Origin: Aquifex aeolicus
GTDB lineage: Bacteria > Aquificota > Aquificia > Aquificales > Aquificaceae
Assembly (NCBI GenBank): GCA_015662815.1
Contig: DQTK01000016.1
Location: 1-59,599 of the forward strand
Reading direction: 5' to 3'
Length of the DNA stretch: 59,599 bases
Shown here: positions 43,604 to 53,077 of the stretch, in pieces
How positions within the stretch are numbered: the stretch's first letter is position 1
Layout: every line of letters begins with the position of its first letter
Notes under the pieces: generated by a model
Database searches by the model: none
The model's input: only the letters and a program-made list of their open reading frames with translations
What the model was told of the DNA's origin: nothing
Made by a program: the position numbers and the translations under genes

Positions 43604-44242
43604 ATGCTAAAGCTAATCGTTATAAGGCATGCAGAAAGCCTGTGGAACCCTGTAGGAAGGTATCAAGGGCTTTTGGATCCTGATTTAACGGAAAGGGGTG
43701 TCGAGCAGGCTAAGAAGCTTGCTCAGGTTCTTAAAAAAGAAAACATAAACGCCCTCTTTTCTTCCCCCCTTAAAAGAACTTTCAAAACTGCTCAGATTAT
43801 TGGAGAGGAAATAGGACTGAAGCCTATTAAAGAAGAGAGAATTATAGAGATTGACCATGGAATCTGGTCGGGACTGCTTGTAGATGAGGTAAAGGAGAAA
43901 TTCCCAAAGGATTTTGAACTCTGGCTTAAAGAACCTCATAAGGTAAAATTTCCGGAAGGGGAATCTCTACAGGATGTTTTTAAAAGAATTAAGGATTTTC
44001 TAAGGTTCTTACTGGAGAATTACAACGAGAAAACCGTTGCCTTAGTCTCCCATACAGTACCTATACGATGTTTATACTGTGCGATTTTGGACATAAACCT
44101 TTCTAAATTCTGGAGTTTTGGGTGTGATAATGCTTCTTATTCGGTGGTATACTTAGATGCAGAGGGCAGGAATGTGATACAAAAGTTGAATATTACCTGC
44201 CACTTGGGGGATTTATATGTTGAAGCCCACAAGGCTCTATAG
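43604..44242 (+). CDS. pspA: Metal-independent phosphoserine phosphatase (histidine phosphatase family)
   Basis: RHAES, RYQG, EIDHG, SH and C-terminal NITCHLG.YVEAHKA match Hydrogenobacter PspA as recalled. Confidence 0.85.
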   Translation: MLKLIVIRHAESLWNPVGRYQGLLDPDLTERGVEQAKKLAQVLKKENINALFSSPLKRTFKTAQIIGEEIGLKPIKEERIIEIDHGIWSGLLVDEVKEKFPKDFELWLKEPHKVKFPEGESLQDVFKRIKDFLRFLLENYNEKTVALVSHTVPIRCLYCAILDINLSKFWSFGCDNASYSVVYLDAEGRNVIQKLNITCHLGDLYVEAHKAL

Positions 44243-46790
44243 CCTTTTTCTGGCCTTAACATTTTATTTTTCCGCCGTATCTATTGCTACTGAACTTCAA
44301 GAACAACTAACCCTAAGGGTAAAAGTACACGATATAGTAAGAGTAGAAAAACCACCTTTCTATCTACCGGATAAACTTTCTTACAGGGTAAGGAAAGTTG
44401 AAACTCATAACTTAGTGGGAAAACTTTTTGAACCGCCTAAAGAATGGGAAGAAACGGAGCTTTATATTCCCAAGGAAGGAGGGTGTGGGGTTCCTAAGGA
44501 TTTAAATCTATACAGAGAAGCTGTCAAAAATTATAAACAGGGAAACCTTTGGACTGCGGAAGAAAAACTTAAACTTCTTGTGAGCTCACCTTCATCACCC
44601 TATTCCAATGCCGGAAAGTACGTTTTAGGTCTCATTTACTATAAAAAAGGTAAAAGAGAAGGAGCTCTTAAACTTTTCGAAGAATCCTGCAATACAACGC
44701 ACATGTATACCATTCCCGCCTGTGAGAGCTTTTACGCTCTTTACTATCGACTATTTAAAAAACCTTATAAAGCGGATGAGCCTATTTTGTGGAAATACGC
44801 ATATCTGATAGGTGTATCCGGAGTTATTCCTGAGGAACCCATAAGCAATTGCGGACGCTTTACTTTTAAAAATTATTGTAGATACGTTAACGATTTTATA
44901 CTCGGTAAAGTAAATCCCAAATACCTCGAAAGTACAGAAGTGAGAAAAGCTATAAATTTATTTGAACAAGGGAAATACAAGGAAGCCAAGAAACTTTTAC
45001 TTAAACACAAGAATAAGTTTCTACCCTACAGGGATGTAATAGTTTACTACCTAGGACTAATAGCCTTTGAGGAAGGCGATTACGAGGAGGCGTTGAATTA
45101 TACTCTCCTTCTTGAAACTCTAAATCCCCGAATGGCAAAGTCTCTTTACCTTTCCATCTTTGTGAAAAAACCCGAGATAGCGGATTACGTATATGAAAAG
45201 ACAAGAGATAAATGGGTATTCAGATACGCCGGTATAAAAGCCTATAACGAAGGTGATTATAAAAAAGCCCTTGAATACTTTATACGTTCTGGAGATTACA
45301 TATACGCTGTTTACGCAACACTTCAGCTCGGGAACTACCAGGAGGCTTATAAATTACTGAAAAAGGTTAAGGAAAAAGACAGGGAATATTACGTTCTCCT
45401 TCTTGAGATTTTGTATGAACTCGGTAGAGATGAGGAAATAGAGCAGGTACTTTCCGAGATAGAGAACAAATATCCTGATATTTATAAGGAATATTACGGC
45501 TGGTTCATGTTTAAAAAAGGAAAGTGGAAAGAAGCCGCCAAATACTTCGATTATCCCTACTTCAAGGCAATAGCATTTTTCAACGCAGGAGAATACGAAA
45601 GAGTATTGGAAATTCTAAAAGAGGATGACAGTTATGAAGCAAGAATTCTTAAGGCTAAAGCTGCAATAGCCTTAGGAAAAGGAGGACTTGCGAGGAGATA
45701 CCTTTTCAATGAAACCCCTGAAGAAATTTATCTCACGGGTATCAGTTATTTCATAGAAGGAAATTACGAAAAAGCGATTTCTTACTTTGAGAAAATTTCC
45801 AAAGATGAGAAGTACGGTCTTAAGGCTTTGATAAAACTTGCTGATTCTTATTACAACTTGGGCCAAAAGGATAAAGCAAGAGCCTTATACAACCTCATAC
45901 TTCAGAAATATGTAAATGCAAAAGAGGTAAAAGAAGCCCTAATAGGCATAGCCCAAATAGAGGTAGAGTCTCCTTCCGAGGACTTGGAAAAGGTAGTAAA
46001 AGAATTTGAAAAAAACTATCCCGATAGCCCTTTGCTTCCTGAACTGAAATTCCAACTTGCAAAGTTATACGCTGAAGAAGGAAGACAAATAGAGGCGGAA
46101 TTTATACTGAGAAAATTGGTTAACAATCCTGAATACAGAGATAGGGCTATGTTTCTTCTTGCCCAAATTACACAAAATCCCGAAGAAAAAGAAAATATCC
46201 TGCTTAATCTTTTAAAATCCCAAGACAAGGTTATAAGAGAAAAGGCTTTTTCAAAACTTGCGGAGTTGTACGAAAAAGAGAATAATCTCCTAAAGCTTGC
46301 CCATCTTCTGGAAAATAGAGGAGATATAGAAAAAATTAACGCCGTATCGATATATTTGAAACTGGGAAGGATTAAAGACGCAGAAAGATTGTTCAGTAAG
46401 CTAATAAAGAAATATCCCAACTCCGAAGAACTAAAAGAAATTGCTTTAAAGCTTTACGAAAAGACTAGAAAATTCAAATATTTAGAAATAGCTTATACCA
46501 GTACGAATCCTGATATTTACTTGAAAGCTGCTTACTATCTCGGCAATTACTACTACGGAAAGGAGAACAGAAAAGCCCTAAATTATTTCTTGGAAATTGT
46601 ACTCAGTGATAAAAAGGATTTTCCCTTTTACAAAAGAGCCGTTTTCCTGAGTGTTAAAATTTTGAAGAGGTTAGGTGCTAGAAAGGATGCTTCCTGTATT
46701 CTTGAAAGGTTAAAAGATGTAAAGCTTGAAAGCTGGGAAAAGGAAAAAGTTTTAGAATTAAAAAAGGGCCTTCCTGCCTGCAGGGGGTAA
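44217..46790 (+). CDS. Large exported tetratricopeptide-repeat protein
   Basis: Signal peptide and many TPR units (YYLGLIAF..GDY..A) across 857 aa. Confidence 0.88.
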   Translation: MLKPTRLYSLFLALTFYFSAVSIATELQEQLTLRVKVHDIVRVEKPPFYLPDKLSYRVRKVETHNLVGKLFEPPKEWEETELYIPKEGGCGVPKDLNLYREAVKNYKQGNLWTAEEKLKLLVSSPSSPYSNAGKYVLGLIYYKKGKREGALKLFEESCNTTHMYTIPACESFYALYYRLFKKPYKADEPILWKYAYLIGVSGVIPEEPISNCGRFTFKNYCRYVNDFILGKVNPKYLESTEVRKAINLFEQGKYKEAKKLLLKHKNKFLPYRDVIVYYLGLIAFEEGDYEEALNYTLLLETLNPRMAKSLYLSIFVKKPEIADYVYEKTRDKWVFRYAGIKAYNEGDYKKALEYFIRSGDYIYAVYATLQLGNYQEAYKLLKKVKEKDREYYVLLLEILYELGRDEEIEQVLSEIENKYPDIYKEYYGWFMFKKGKWKEAAKYFDYPYFKAIAFFNAGEYERVLEILKEDDSYEARILKAKAAIALGKGGLARRYLFNETPEEIYLTGISYFIEGNYEKAISYFEKISKDEKYGLKALIKLADSYYNLGQKDKARALYNLILQKYVNAKEVKEALIGIAQIEVESPSEDLEKVVKEFEKNYPDSPLLPELKFQLAKLYAEEGRQIEAEFILRKLVNNPEYRDRAMFLLAQITQNPEEKENILLNLLKSQDKVIREKAFSKLAELYEKENNLLKLAHLLENRGDIEKINAVSIYLKLGRIKDAERLFSKLIKKYPNSEELKEIALKLYEKTRKFKYLEIAYTSTNPDIYLKAAYYLGNYYYGKENRKALNYFLEIVLSDKKDFPFYKRAVFLSVKILKRLGARKDASCILERLKDVKLESWEKEKVLELKKGLPACRG

Positions 46791-46793
46791 GGT

Positions 46794-47408
46794 ATGGAAT
46801 TTCTTTTAAATTGGTTTGAAAAAGGGGGGATTGTTATGTATCCCCTCCTCCTTCTTTCAATCCTTTCCTGGTACGTAATAATTGAAAGGGCTGTAAATTT
46901 AAGGGTAAAAAGCTTTTTGCCTCACAATCTTAACGAGCTTAAAATGTTAATCCAGAAAGGAGATTACGAGAGTGTATTGAAAATTTCAAGTGTTGTAGAA
47001 CATCCATTTGCAAAGGCCATTTCTATAGTACTCGATGAATACCTAAAGGGAAGAAAGGAAAAGGGTTATCTCATGCAACTTATGGAGGGAGAGCTTTCTT
47101 CTTTCGTTCCCAAGGTTGAGAAAAACTTACCGGTGTTATCTACTACGGCTTCGGTAGCACCGCTTCTGGGGCTTTTGGGAACGATTACCGGACTTATAAA
47201 GGTTTTCCAAGCTTATTCTATAACCATTCAGGAAGAGGCTATTTCTTTGCTGGCTAAGGGTATTAGTGAAGTCTTAGTTGCCGCAGCAACGGGACTGGGA
47301 GTTGCAATACCTGCCCTGGTAGCTTATTGGATTTACAAAACAGTAGGTAATCGTATTCTTGATAAGATAAGTGAGGAGGCAAGGGAAATTATAAACTCCT
47401 TGGAGTAA
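46794..47408 (+). CDS. exbB: MotA/TolQ/ExbB proton channel
   Basis: GG..MYPL, APLLGLLGT and GISE...GL.VAIP motifs. Confidence 0.9.
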   Translation: MEFLLNWFEKGGIVMYPLLLLSILSWYVIIERAVNLRVKSFLPHNLNELKMLIQKGDYESVLKISSVVEHPFAKAISIVLDEYLKGRKEKGYLMQLMEGELSSFVPKVEKNLPVLSTTASVAPLLGLLGTITGLIKVFQAYSITIQEEAISLLAKGISEVLVAAATGLGVAIPALVAYWIYKTVGNRILDKISEEAREIINSLE

Positions 47409-47411
47409 AAA

Positions 47412-47813
47412 ATGAATCTAAGGAAAAAGCTAAGGTTTAGAGAAGAGGAAAGGGTATACATAGATGTTGTCCCTCTTGTGGATACATTACTCGCCGTATT
47501 TTTGTTCTTAGCTATTCTCGCTTTTCAATCTCCCGAAACCTTCATAGCCATAAAACTTCCCTTTGCGGAAACTGGAGAATCCATGCAAATAAAGTCTATA
47601 AAGATTCAGATAGATACGGAAGGAAAAATGAGGGTAAAAGGTAAACCTATTTCTGAGGAAGAGCTGGTAAAGATGATTAAAGATATCAAACCTTCGCATA
47701 TAATTCTCGAAGCCGATGAAAATACAAAGCATAAGTTCGTGGTAAAAGTTATGGATATTGCAAGAAAAAACGGAGTTGAAAATATAGTAATAGCTGTAAA
47801 AAAGAAAAGATGA
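47412..47813 (+). CDS. exbD: ExbD/TolR biopolymer transport protein
   Basis: PLVD transmembrane Asp, LP.A and AD...V.VMD motifs. Confidence 0.9.
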   Translation: MNLRKKLRFREEERVYIDVVPLVDTLLAVFLFLAILAFQSPETFIAIKLPFAETGESMQIKSIKIQIDTEGKMRVKGKPISEEELVKMIKDIKPSHIILEADENTKHKFVVKVMDIARKNGVENIVIAVKKKR

Positions 47814-48538
47814 GTTTTTTTCTGAAAAAGTTAATCTCTTATTTTATCCTACCGCCCGGCATTTTCATCATAAGCTTCCTCGCCATTTATATCTTTGCAA
47901 AGCGAAAAATTGTAAGAAAATTAGCTTTATTTTCCGCATTAAGTCTGTATCTGATTTCCATTGAACCAGTTAAAGATTTATTAATCTTTCCTCTTGAAAG
48001 CGCATACAAAACTCCCGAAAACTTTCACGCTGATGCCATAGTGGTGTTAGGTGGTGGTGTTTATAACAACGGTAAGTTAAAGGCTTCTGCCTATAAAAGG
48101 CTTATTACCGGTTTTCTTCTTTACAGGAAAATGGATGTTCCCATTATACTTTCCGGAGGTGCGGCAATAAATACAATTCCCGAAGCCGACGTTATGAAAG
48201 AACTTTTAAAAGCCTTTGGCGTAAAGGAAGACAAAATATTTACGGATGTAAAGAGCAGAGATACCGCGGAGAATGCCAAATATGTTAAGGAAATTTGTGA
48301 AAAAAAGCTAAAGTGTAAAAAGATAGTTCTGGTAACATCGGGATTTCATATGCTTAGGGCTGTGAACACTTTCAAGAAAGTGGGAATGGAAATAATTCCC
48401 TATCCTACAGATTTGAAGTTTGAAGGAAAATACAATGTATACAGTTTATTCCCGAAATACAGTGTATTTTATGACTCCGCAATAGCCATAAGGGAATACA
48501 TAGGCCTAGTTTTTTACAAACTCAAGGGTCTTCTTTAA
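47810..48538 (+). CDS. YdcF/ElyC-like (DUF218) envelope protein
   Basis: IVVLGGG, SGG, EA, SRDTAENA, LVTS.FHM.RA and EY.G motifs. Confidence 0.9.
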   Translation: MSFFLKKLISYFILPPGIFIISFLAIYIFAKRKIVRKLALFSALSLYLISIEPVKDLLIFPLESAYKTPENFHADAIVVLGGGVYNNGKLKASAYKRLITGFLLYRKMDVPIILSGGAAINTIPEADVMKELLKAFGVKEDKIFTDVKSRDTAENAKYVKEICEKKLKCKKIVLVTSGFHMLRAVNTFKKVGMEIIPYPTDLKFEGKYNVYSLFPKYSVFYDSAIAIREYIGLVFYKLKGLL

Positions 48539-49112
48539 GTTTCTTATATATCTCCTTTACCTGTTTGAAGGTTTCATCAAAACTCTTTGAGTTATCAATT
48601 ACAAAATCTGCATACTTTGCCTTTTCATCAATTGGCATTTGATTATTCCAACGCCTTTCAAAATCCTCCTCAGACACCCCTCTCTTTAAGGCTCTTTCCC
48701 TGCATACCTCATAGGGTGCCCACACTACTATCAGCTTATCGTAATTCTTATGAGTTCTTTTCTCCACAAGCAAGGTAGCTTCGAGTATAAAAATAGAATC
48801 TTCAGGTAGAGTTCTCAGAATTTCATTTATTTCCTTGTAAAGTGCTTTATGGGTTATGTTTTCAAGAATTTGTAGTTTTTCCTTATTCGTGAAAACAATT
48901 TGAGCGAGCTTTTTCCTGTCTATATTCCCCTCTTTGTCAAGAACCCCTTCTCCAAAAATCTTTAAAACTTCTTTGTAAACCGGATGACCCTTTTTATAGA
49001 AGGAATGTATAAGTTTATCCGCGTCGAGGGTATAAGCTCCCAACTTTTTAAACATTCGGGCAACTGTGGACTTTCCGCAACCTATGTTTCCAGTAAGACC
49101 TACTTTTTTCAT
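48522..49112 (-). CDS. coaE: Dephospho-CoA kinase
   Basis: GLTGNIGCGKS, DAD and IDRKKL motifs; ATGA overlap with lpxI. Confidence 0.95.
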   Translation of the reverse strand: MKKVGLTGNIGCGKSTVARMFKKLGAYTLDADKLIHSFYKKGHPVYKEVLKIFGEGVLDKEGNIDRKKLAQIVFTNKEKLQILENITHKALYKEINEILRTLPEDSIFILEATLLVEKRTHKNYDKLIVVWAPYEVCRERALKRGVSEEDFERRWNNQMPIDEKAKYADFVIDNSKSFDETFKQVKEIYKKLKEDP

Positions 49113-49897
49113 AGTCCCCACACAGCTATCTTAAAACGGTTTGCAAGTTTTAGGAAATTAGTCTTATCCACGATGAATACTTTTCCCGCTTCCAGAAATA
49201 AAGCTTTAGCACCTATTTCTTTCATAACCTTTAGTGTATCTTCCCCTACAGTGGGTACATCTATTCTAAAGTCCTGTTTTTTTCTTGCTACCTTAACTAC
49301 TATCGTTCCCTTTCCCGCTATTTTGCCGGCTCTTTTTATGGTTTCTTGGGTTCCTTCCATTGCTTCTACTGCAACAACTGCTTTGTCTTTGATTACTATA
49401 GTTTGTCCTATATCCATAGAAGCGATTTCCTTAGCAATGCTAAAGCCCCATTTTCCCTCCTCAAGGGCGGTTTTATCGGGTAATATCCTATTCATTTGAC
49501 CTTTTCCCGCCAGTAGATGTGTAAGGTATGGCTTAGGGTCTATAAATCGGAAACCCTTTTCCTCTAAAAAGTCCATAAATACCCTCACAAGTGTTTCTGG
49601 TCTTCTGTCTTTTGCCTTTCTGAGGAGGTTTAGAGCGGTTAAATCCATTTTCAAAATATCTGAGTATATGAGCTTATGTTCAAATTTTCCTAACATAACT
49701 ATTGAGCTTACTTTTTCCTCTTCAAGGATTTTTACCAGTTTCCCCACTTTCCCAAGAGGAAGTATATAATCCGTTTTAAAATCTGTGGTCCTCTCTATTC
49801 CTATAGTTATTACATCCTCACCTCTCCTGAGAACAGAGTTCTTAAATTCATGAGGAAGTTTTCCTGACCCCGCTATCAGAGCTATTTTCCCATTCAC
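49109..49897 (-). CDS. lpxI: UDP-2,3-diacylglucosamine pyrophosphatase LpxI
   Basis: IAGSG.LP, DIGQT, VEAMEGT and QDFRIDVPTVG motifs. Confidence 0.92.
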   Translation of the reverse strand: MNGKIALIAGSGKLPHEFKNSVLRRGEDVITIGIERTTDFKTDYILPLGKVGKLVKILEEEKVSSIVMLGKFEHKLIYSDILKMDLTALNLLRKAKDRRPETLVRVFMDFLEEKGFRFIDPKPYLTHLLAGKGQMNRILPDKTALEEGKWGFSIAKEIASMDIGQTIVIKDKAVVAVEAMEGTQETIKRAGKIAGKGTIVVKVARKKQDFRIDVPTVGEDTLKVMKEIGAKALFLEAGKVFIVDKTNFLKLANRFKIAVWGL

Positions 49898-49924
49898 CTT
49901 AATTATTAGAGTTTAAAATATCTA

Positions 49925-51301
49925 TTGGTGTTTAGCGAAGTCGAGATTTTTATCAGTGCAAGTGAAAATTTAGTGTTTACTACTGTAGTATCCAATAATA
50001 AAGTTATAGACTTAAAAGCTGAAAGAAGAAACGAACGAAAGCTTATCGGTTCAATATTTAAGGGTGTTGTTAAAAAAGTTTGCAAGAGTTTGGACGGATA
50101 TTTTATAGATATAGGTCTTGATAAGGAAGCTTTCATCCAAGAAAAAGACATACGCAAGAAGTTAAAAGTGGGAGATACAGTAATCGTTCAACTAAGGAGA
50201 AAAGATACCCAGCTCAAGGGTTCAAAAGCTACGTGTAAAATCAGTATACCCGGAAAGTACTTAGTCTACTTTCCCGAAATCAGGAAGCTAAAAATTTCGG
50301 GGAGATTGAAAAATTTTCCTTATGCGGATGAACTGAAGAAGCTTATAGAAAAAGAGTTAAAAGAACGGGAAGGGGTGATAATAAGGGCATCTGCTATAAG
50401 AGCAAAGGAAGGGGAAATTTTAGACGAACTGAACAGTTTAAGAAATGTATGGAGATATATCCTTGAGCAAGAGAGAAAACTATCCAAGGGAATTCTGTAT
50501 GAGGAATTCCCTACTTATGCGAGGGTAATAAGGGACTACTGGAGTTTTATAAAGGAAATCTGCGTAGACAATGCGGATATATGGAAGGAGATACACGATT
50601 TATTCGGTAAGGATATAAGGGATAAACTGAGGTTCAGTAGAAACCTTGATAAGCTAACAAAGAATTTTTCCATATACCAGCTTCTCTCTAAACTCCTTTC
50701 AAAATATGTCTGGCTAAAAGGAGGAGGATTTATAGTAATAGAACAAACTGAAGCCATGGTGGTAATTGATGTCAATAGCGGTGAAGGTTGCGGAGAATCT
50801 TTAGAGGAAAATGCATTGAAAACGAACATTGAAGCCCTTGAAGAGATAGCCCATCAAATTAAGCTCAGGAATCTTGCGGGTATGATTGTCATAGATTTAA
50901 TAGACTTAAAAAGGGAAGAGAATAGAAAAAAACTGCTGAAGGAAGCGGAGAAGATTTTCAGAAAAGAGAACCTCAACGTAAAAATCTACGGTATAACAAA
51001 GCTTGGACTTCTGGAACTTACAAGGAAAAAGGATTCAGAGAGTCTTTACGAAGTGTTGGGAGAATCTTGTCCGTCCTGCAACGGAAAAGGGTTTGTGAAG
51101 AGCAAAGAATTTATCCTGTATCTCATAGAGAAGGAGATAGAGAAGAATATCGGAAAAAGATTAGAACTTAGGGTACATCCTAGAGTCTTTAATGATGTAA
51201 AAGAATTCGTAAAAAGGAAAAACTTAAAGGAATGGATTACCATAAAAGAAGTATGGAACGAAAACGTAGATTACTATCAACTGCTCTTCTCGGAATACTG
51301 A
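49925..51301 (+). CDS. rng: Ribonuclease E/G family (RNase G)
   Basis: S1 domain, IEQTEA...IDVNSG, G.IVID.ID and CPSC.G.G motifs. Confidence 0.92.
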   Translation: MVFSEVEIFISASENLVFTTVVSNNKVIDLKAERRNERKLIGSIFKGVVKKVCKSLDGYFIDIGLDKEAFIQEKDIRKKLKVGDTVIVQLRRKDTQLKGSKATCKISIPGKYLVYFPEIRKLKISGRLKNFPYADELKKLIEKELKEREGVIIRASAIRAKEGEILDELNSLRNVWRYILEQERKLSKGILYEEFPTYARVIRDYWSFIKEICVDNADIWKEIHDLFGKDIRDKLRFSRNLDKLTKNFSIYQLLSKLLSKYVWLKGGGFIVIEQTEAMVVIDVNSGEGCGESLEENALKTNIEALEEIAHQIKLRNLAGMIVIDLIDLKREENRKKLLKEAEKIFRKENLNVKIYGITKLGLLELTRKKDSESLYEVLGESCPSCNGKGFVKSKEFILYLIEKEIEKNIGKRLELRVHPRVFNDVKEFVKRKNLKEWITIKEVWNENVDYYQLLFSEY

Positions 51302-52182
51302 TAATCTCAACTCTCTATTCTTGTGCTCCTAAATCCGAAGAAAGAAGAAAAGGATACGCAAGGGAATTTTACACTGAAGGGTTAAAAGAATACAGAAAAG
51401 GTGATTACGGTGATGCAAAGACAAATTTTGAAAAGGCTTTAAATTACCTTGAATATTTATCTCCTGAGGAAATAAAGAATGCAAAATACCTTTTAGTAAA
51501 ATCAGCTTGCAAGGATAAAGATTACGTTGATGCAATAGTTTACGCAGAAGATTTTTTATCCAACTATCCGGGAAGCCGAGAAGCCGAAGAAGTTTTCTTC
51601 ATACTCGTTGACAGTCTTGTAAAAGTAGCTCCGGATCCTTACAAGGATCAGACGTACACAATTCAAGCAATACAAAAAGCGAAGGAATTTTTGGCAAAAT
51701 ATCCCAACAGTAAATTCGTGAGGGATGTGGAAGAAGTAATAGAAGAAGCCAATAGGAGACTTGCATATCATGAATATTACATAGCTAAATTTTACGAGGA
51801 ATACGGATACCCTTACAACGCAGCGGTAAGATACAGGGAGGTACTCATCAACTTTTCTCAATACTTTTCCGAAGAAAAGCTTGCCTATCACTATATCAAG
51901 AATCTTATACTTACACCCAAGCAGGTGAAAATGGAAAAGGAAAAGATAGGAAAACTGATTAAGGAGGCTCGTAAAAAACTGAAGAGAGTAAAAAAGGCTG
52001 AAGAAAGGAGAGCCATAGAAAACAGAATAGAATTTTTAATAAGTGAAATCAAAAGGTGGGAAGAAATTCAAAGAAAAGCCCATGAAGAAGCTATCAGGGC
52101 ACTTGAAAAATACAAGGAGTTATACGGAGAAAATACTTATTACAAGGAACTGATAAAATTAATAAAAAAATGGAAAAGTTAA
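51232..52182 (+). CDS. bamD: Outer membrane protein assembly lipoprotein BamD-like
   Basis: Lipobox LYSC, TPRs, DQ, YPNS and LA.HE..IA.FY motifs; an alternative start exists at 51253. Confidence 0.82.
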   Translation: MDYHKRSMERKRRLLSTALLGILIISTLYSCAPKSEERRKGYAREFYTEGLKEYRKGDYGDAKTNFEKALNYLEYLSPEEIKNAKYLLVKSACKDKDYVDAIVYAEDFLSNYPGSREAEEVFFILVDSLVKVAPDPYKDQTYTIQAIQKAKEFLAKYPNSKFVRDVEEVIEEANRRLAYHEYYIAKFYEEYGYPYNAAVRYREVLINFSQYFSEEKLAYHYIKNLILTPKQVKMEKEKIGKLIKEARKKLKRVKKAEERRAIENRIEFLISEIKRWEEIQRKAHEEAIRALEKYKELYGENTYYKELIKLIKKWKS

Positions 52183-52499
52183 AACTTATAAAAGAATTTC
52201 TTGAGAATAAGAAAGCGGAAGATATTGTAATCCTTGACGTGTCAAATCTAACCAATCTTGCAGATTATTTCGTAATAGCTACTGCAAATTCTCCTACCCA
52301 TGCTAGAGCTCTTGCGGATTACCTCGAAGAAGAGTTGGAAAAGGAAGGTTATACGATTGACCACGTCGAAGGGAAAGAGTATGGAAATTGGATACTTATC
52401 GATTTAATAGATACAATAGTTCACATATTTACACCCGAAACCCGCGAATACTATGGGCTAGAATGGATTTGGGCGGATGCTCAAAAAGTAGAAGTCTAA
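52170..52499 (+). CDS. rsfS: Ribosome silencing factor
   Basis: KKAEDI, DYFVIAT, W.LID...VHIF and R.YY.LE..W motifs. Confidence 0.95.
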   Translation: MEKLKLIKEFLENKKAEDIVILDVSNLTNLADYFVIATANSPTHARALADYLEEELEKEGYTIDHVEGKEYGNWILIDLIDTIVHIFTPETREYYGLEWIWADAQKVEV

Positions 52500-53077
52500 G
52501 ATAAGGCTCTTGCCGATAAATTATCGGCTTCTCTGTTCTGTTCCCTCGGAATTTTTTCGTAATAAATAGAATTAAAGAATCTTTCCAGTTCCTTTACTTG
52601 AGTGTACAAGTTCTTTAATCTTTCGTTCTTTACTCTATACTTCCCCATAACCTGATTTATGACAATCTGACTATCTCCCTTAACTACCAGATTTTTTATA
52701 CCGAGCTCTTTTGCCTTCCTCAGACCTTCTATTAAGGCCTTATATTCAGCTTCGTTGCCTGTGGCCTTTCCTATATACCTTGATATTTTAATTACTTTAT
52801 CCGGTAGTCTTATCACAACACCTATTCCGGCTTTTCCAGGATTTCCTTTGGAAGAACCATCAAAGTACATAACCGCCGTAGAGCTTTTTAAACTCTCGAG
52901 AAAAAATTCCATATCTTCCTTTGTCCTGAGTTCTGTATAATTGCTGTCCTTTTTTATTAGCAGAGCATCTACTTTGCTCTTCAGGGATTCAAGGAGCTTA
53001 AGAATATCCTCCTTTGACTTTTTGTTAGAAAGTTCAAGTAAATACTCAAAGGGAATAACAAAAGCCTTTTCTATCAT
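52496..53077 (-). CDS. Ribonuclease HI-family protein with an N-terminal extension
   Basis: FDGSSKGNPG, NEAEY, GDSQ and REQN.EAD give a complete DEDD set. Confidence 0.9.
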   Translation of the reverse strand: MIEKAFVIPFEYLLELSNKKSKEDILKLLESLKSKVDALLIKKDSNYTELRTKEDMEFFLESLKSSTAVMYFDGSSKGNPGKAGIGVVIRLPDKVIKISRYIGKATGNEAEYKALIEGLRKAKELGIKNLVVKGDSQIVINQVMGKYRVKNERLKNLYTQVKELERFFNSIYYEKIPREQNREADNLSARALS

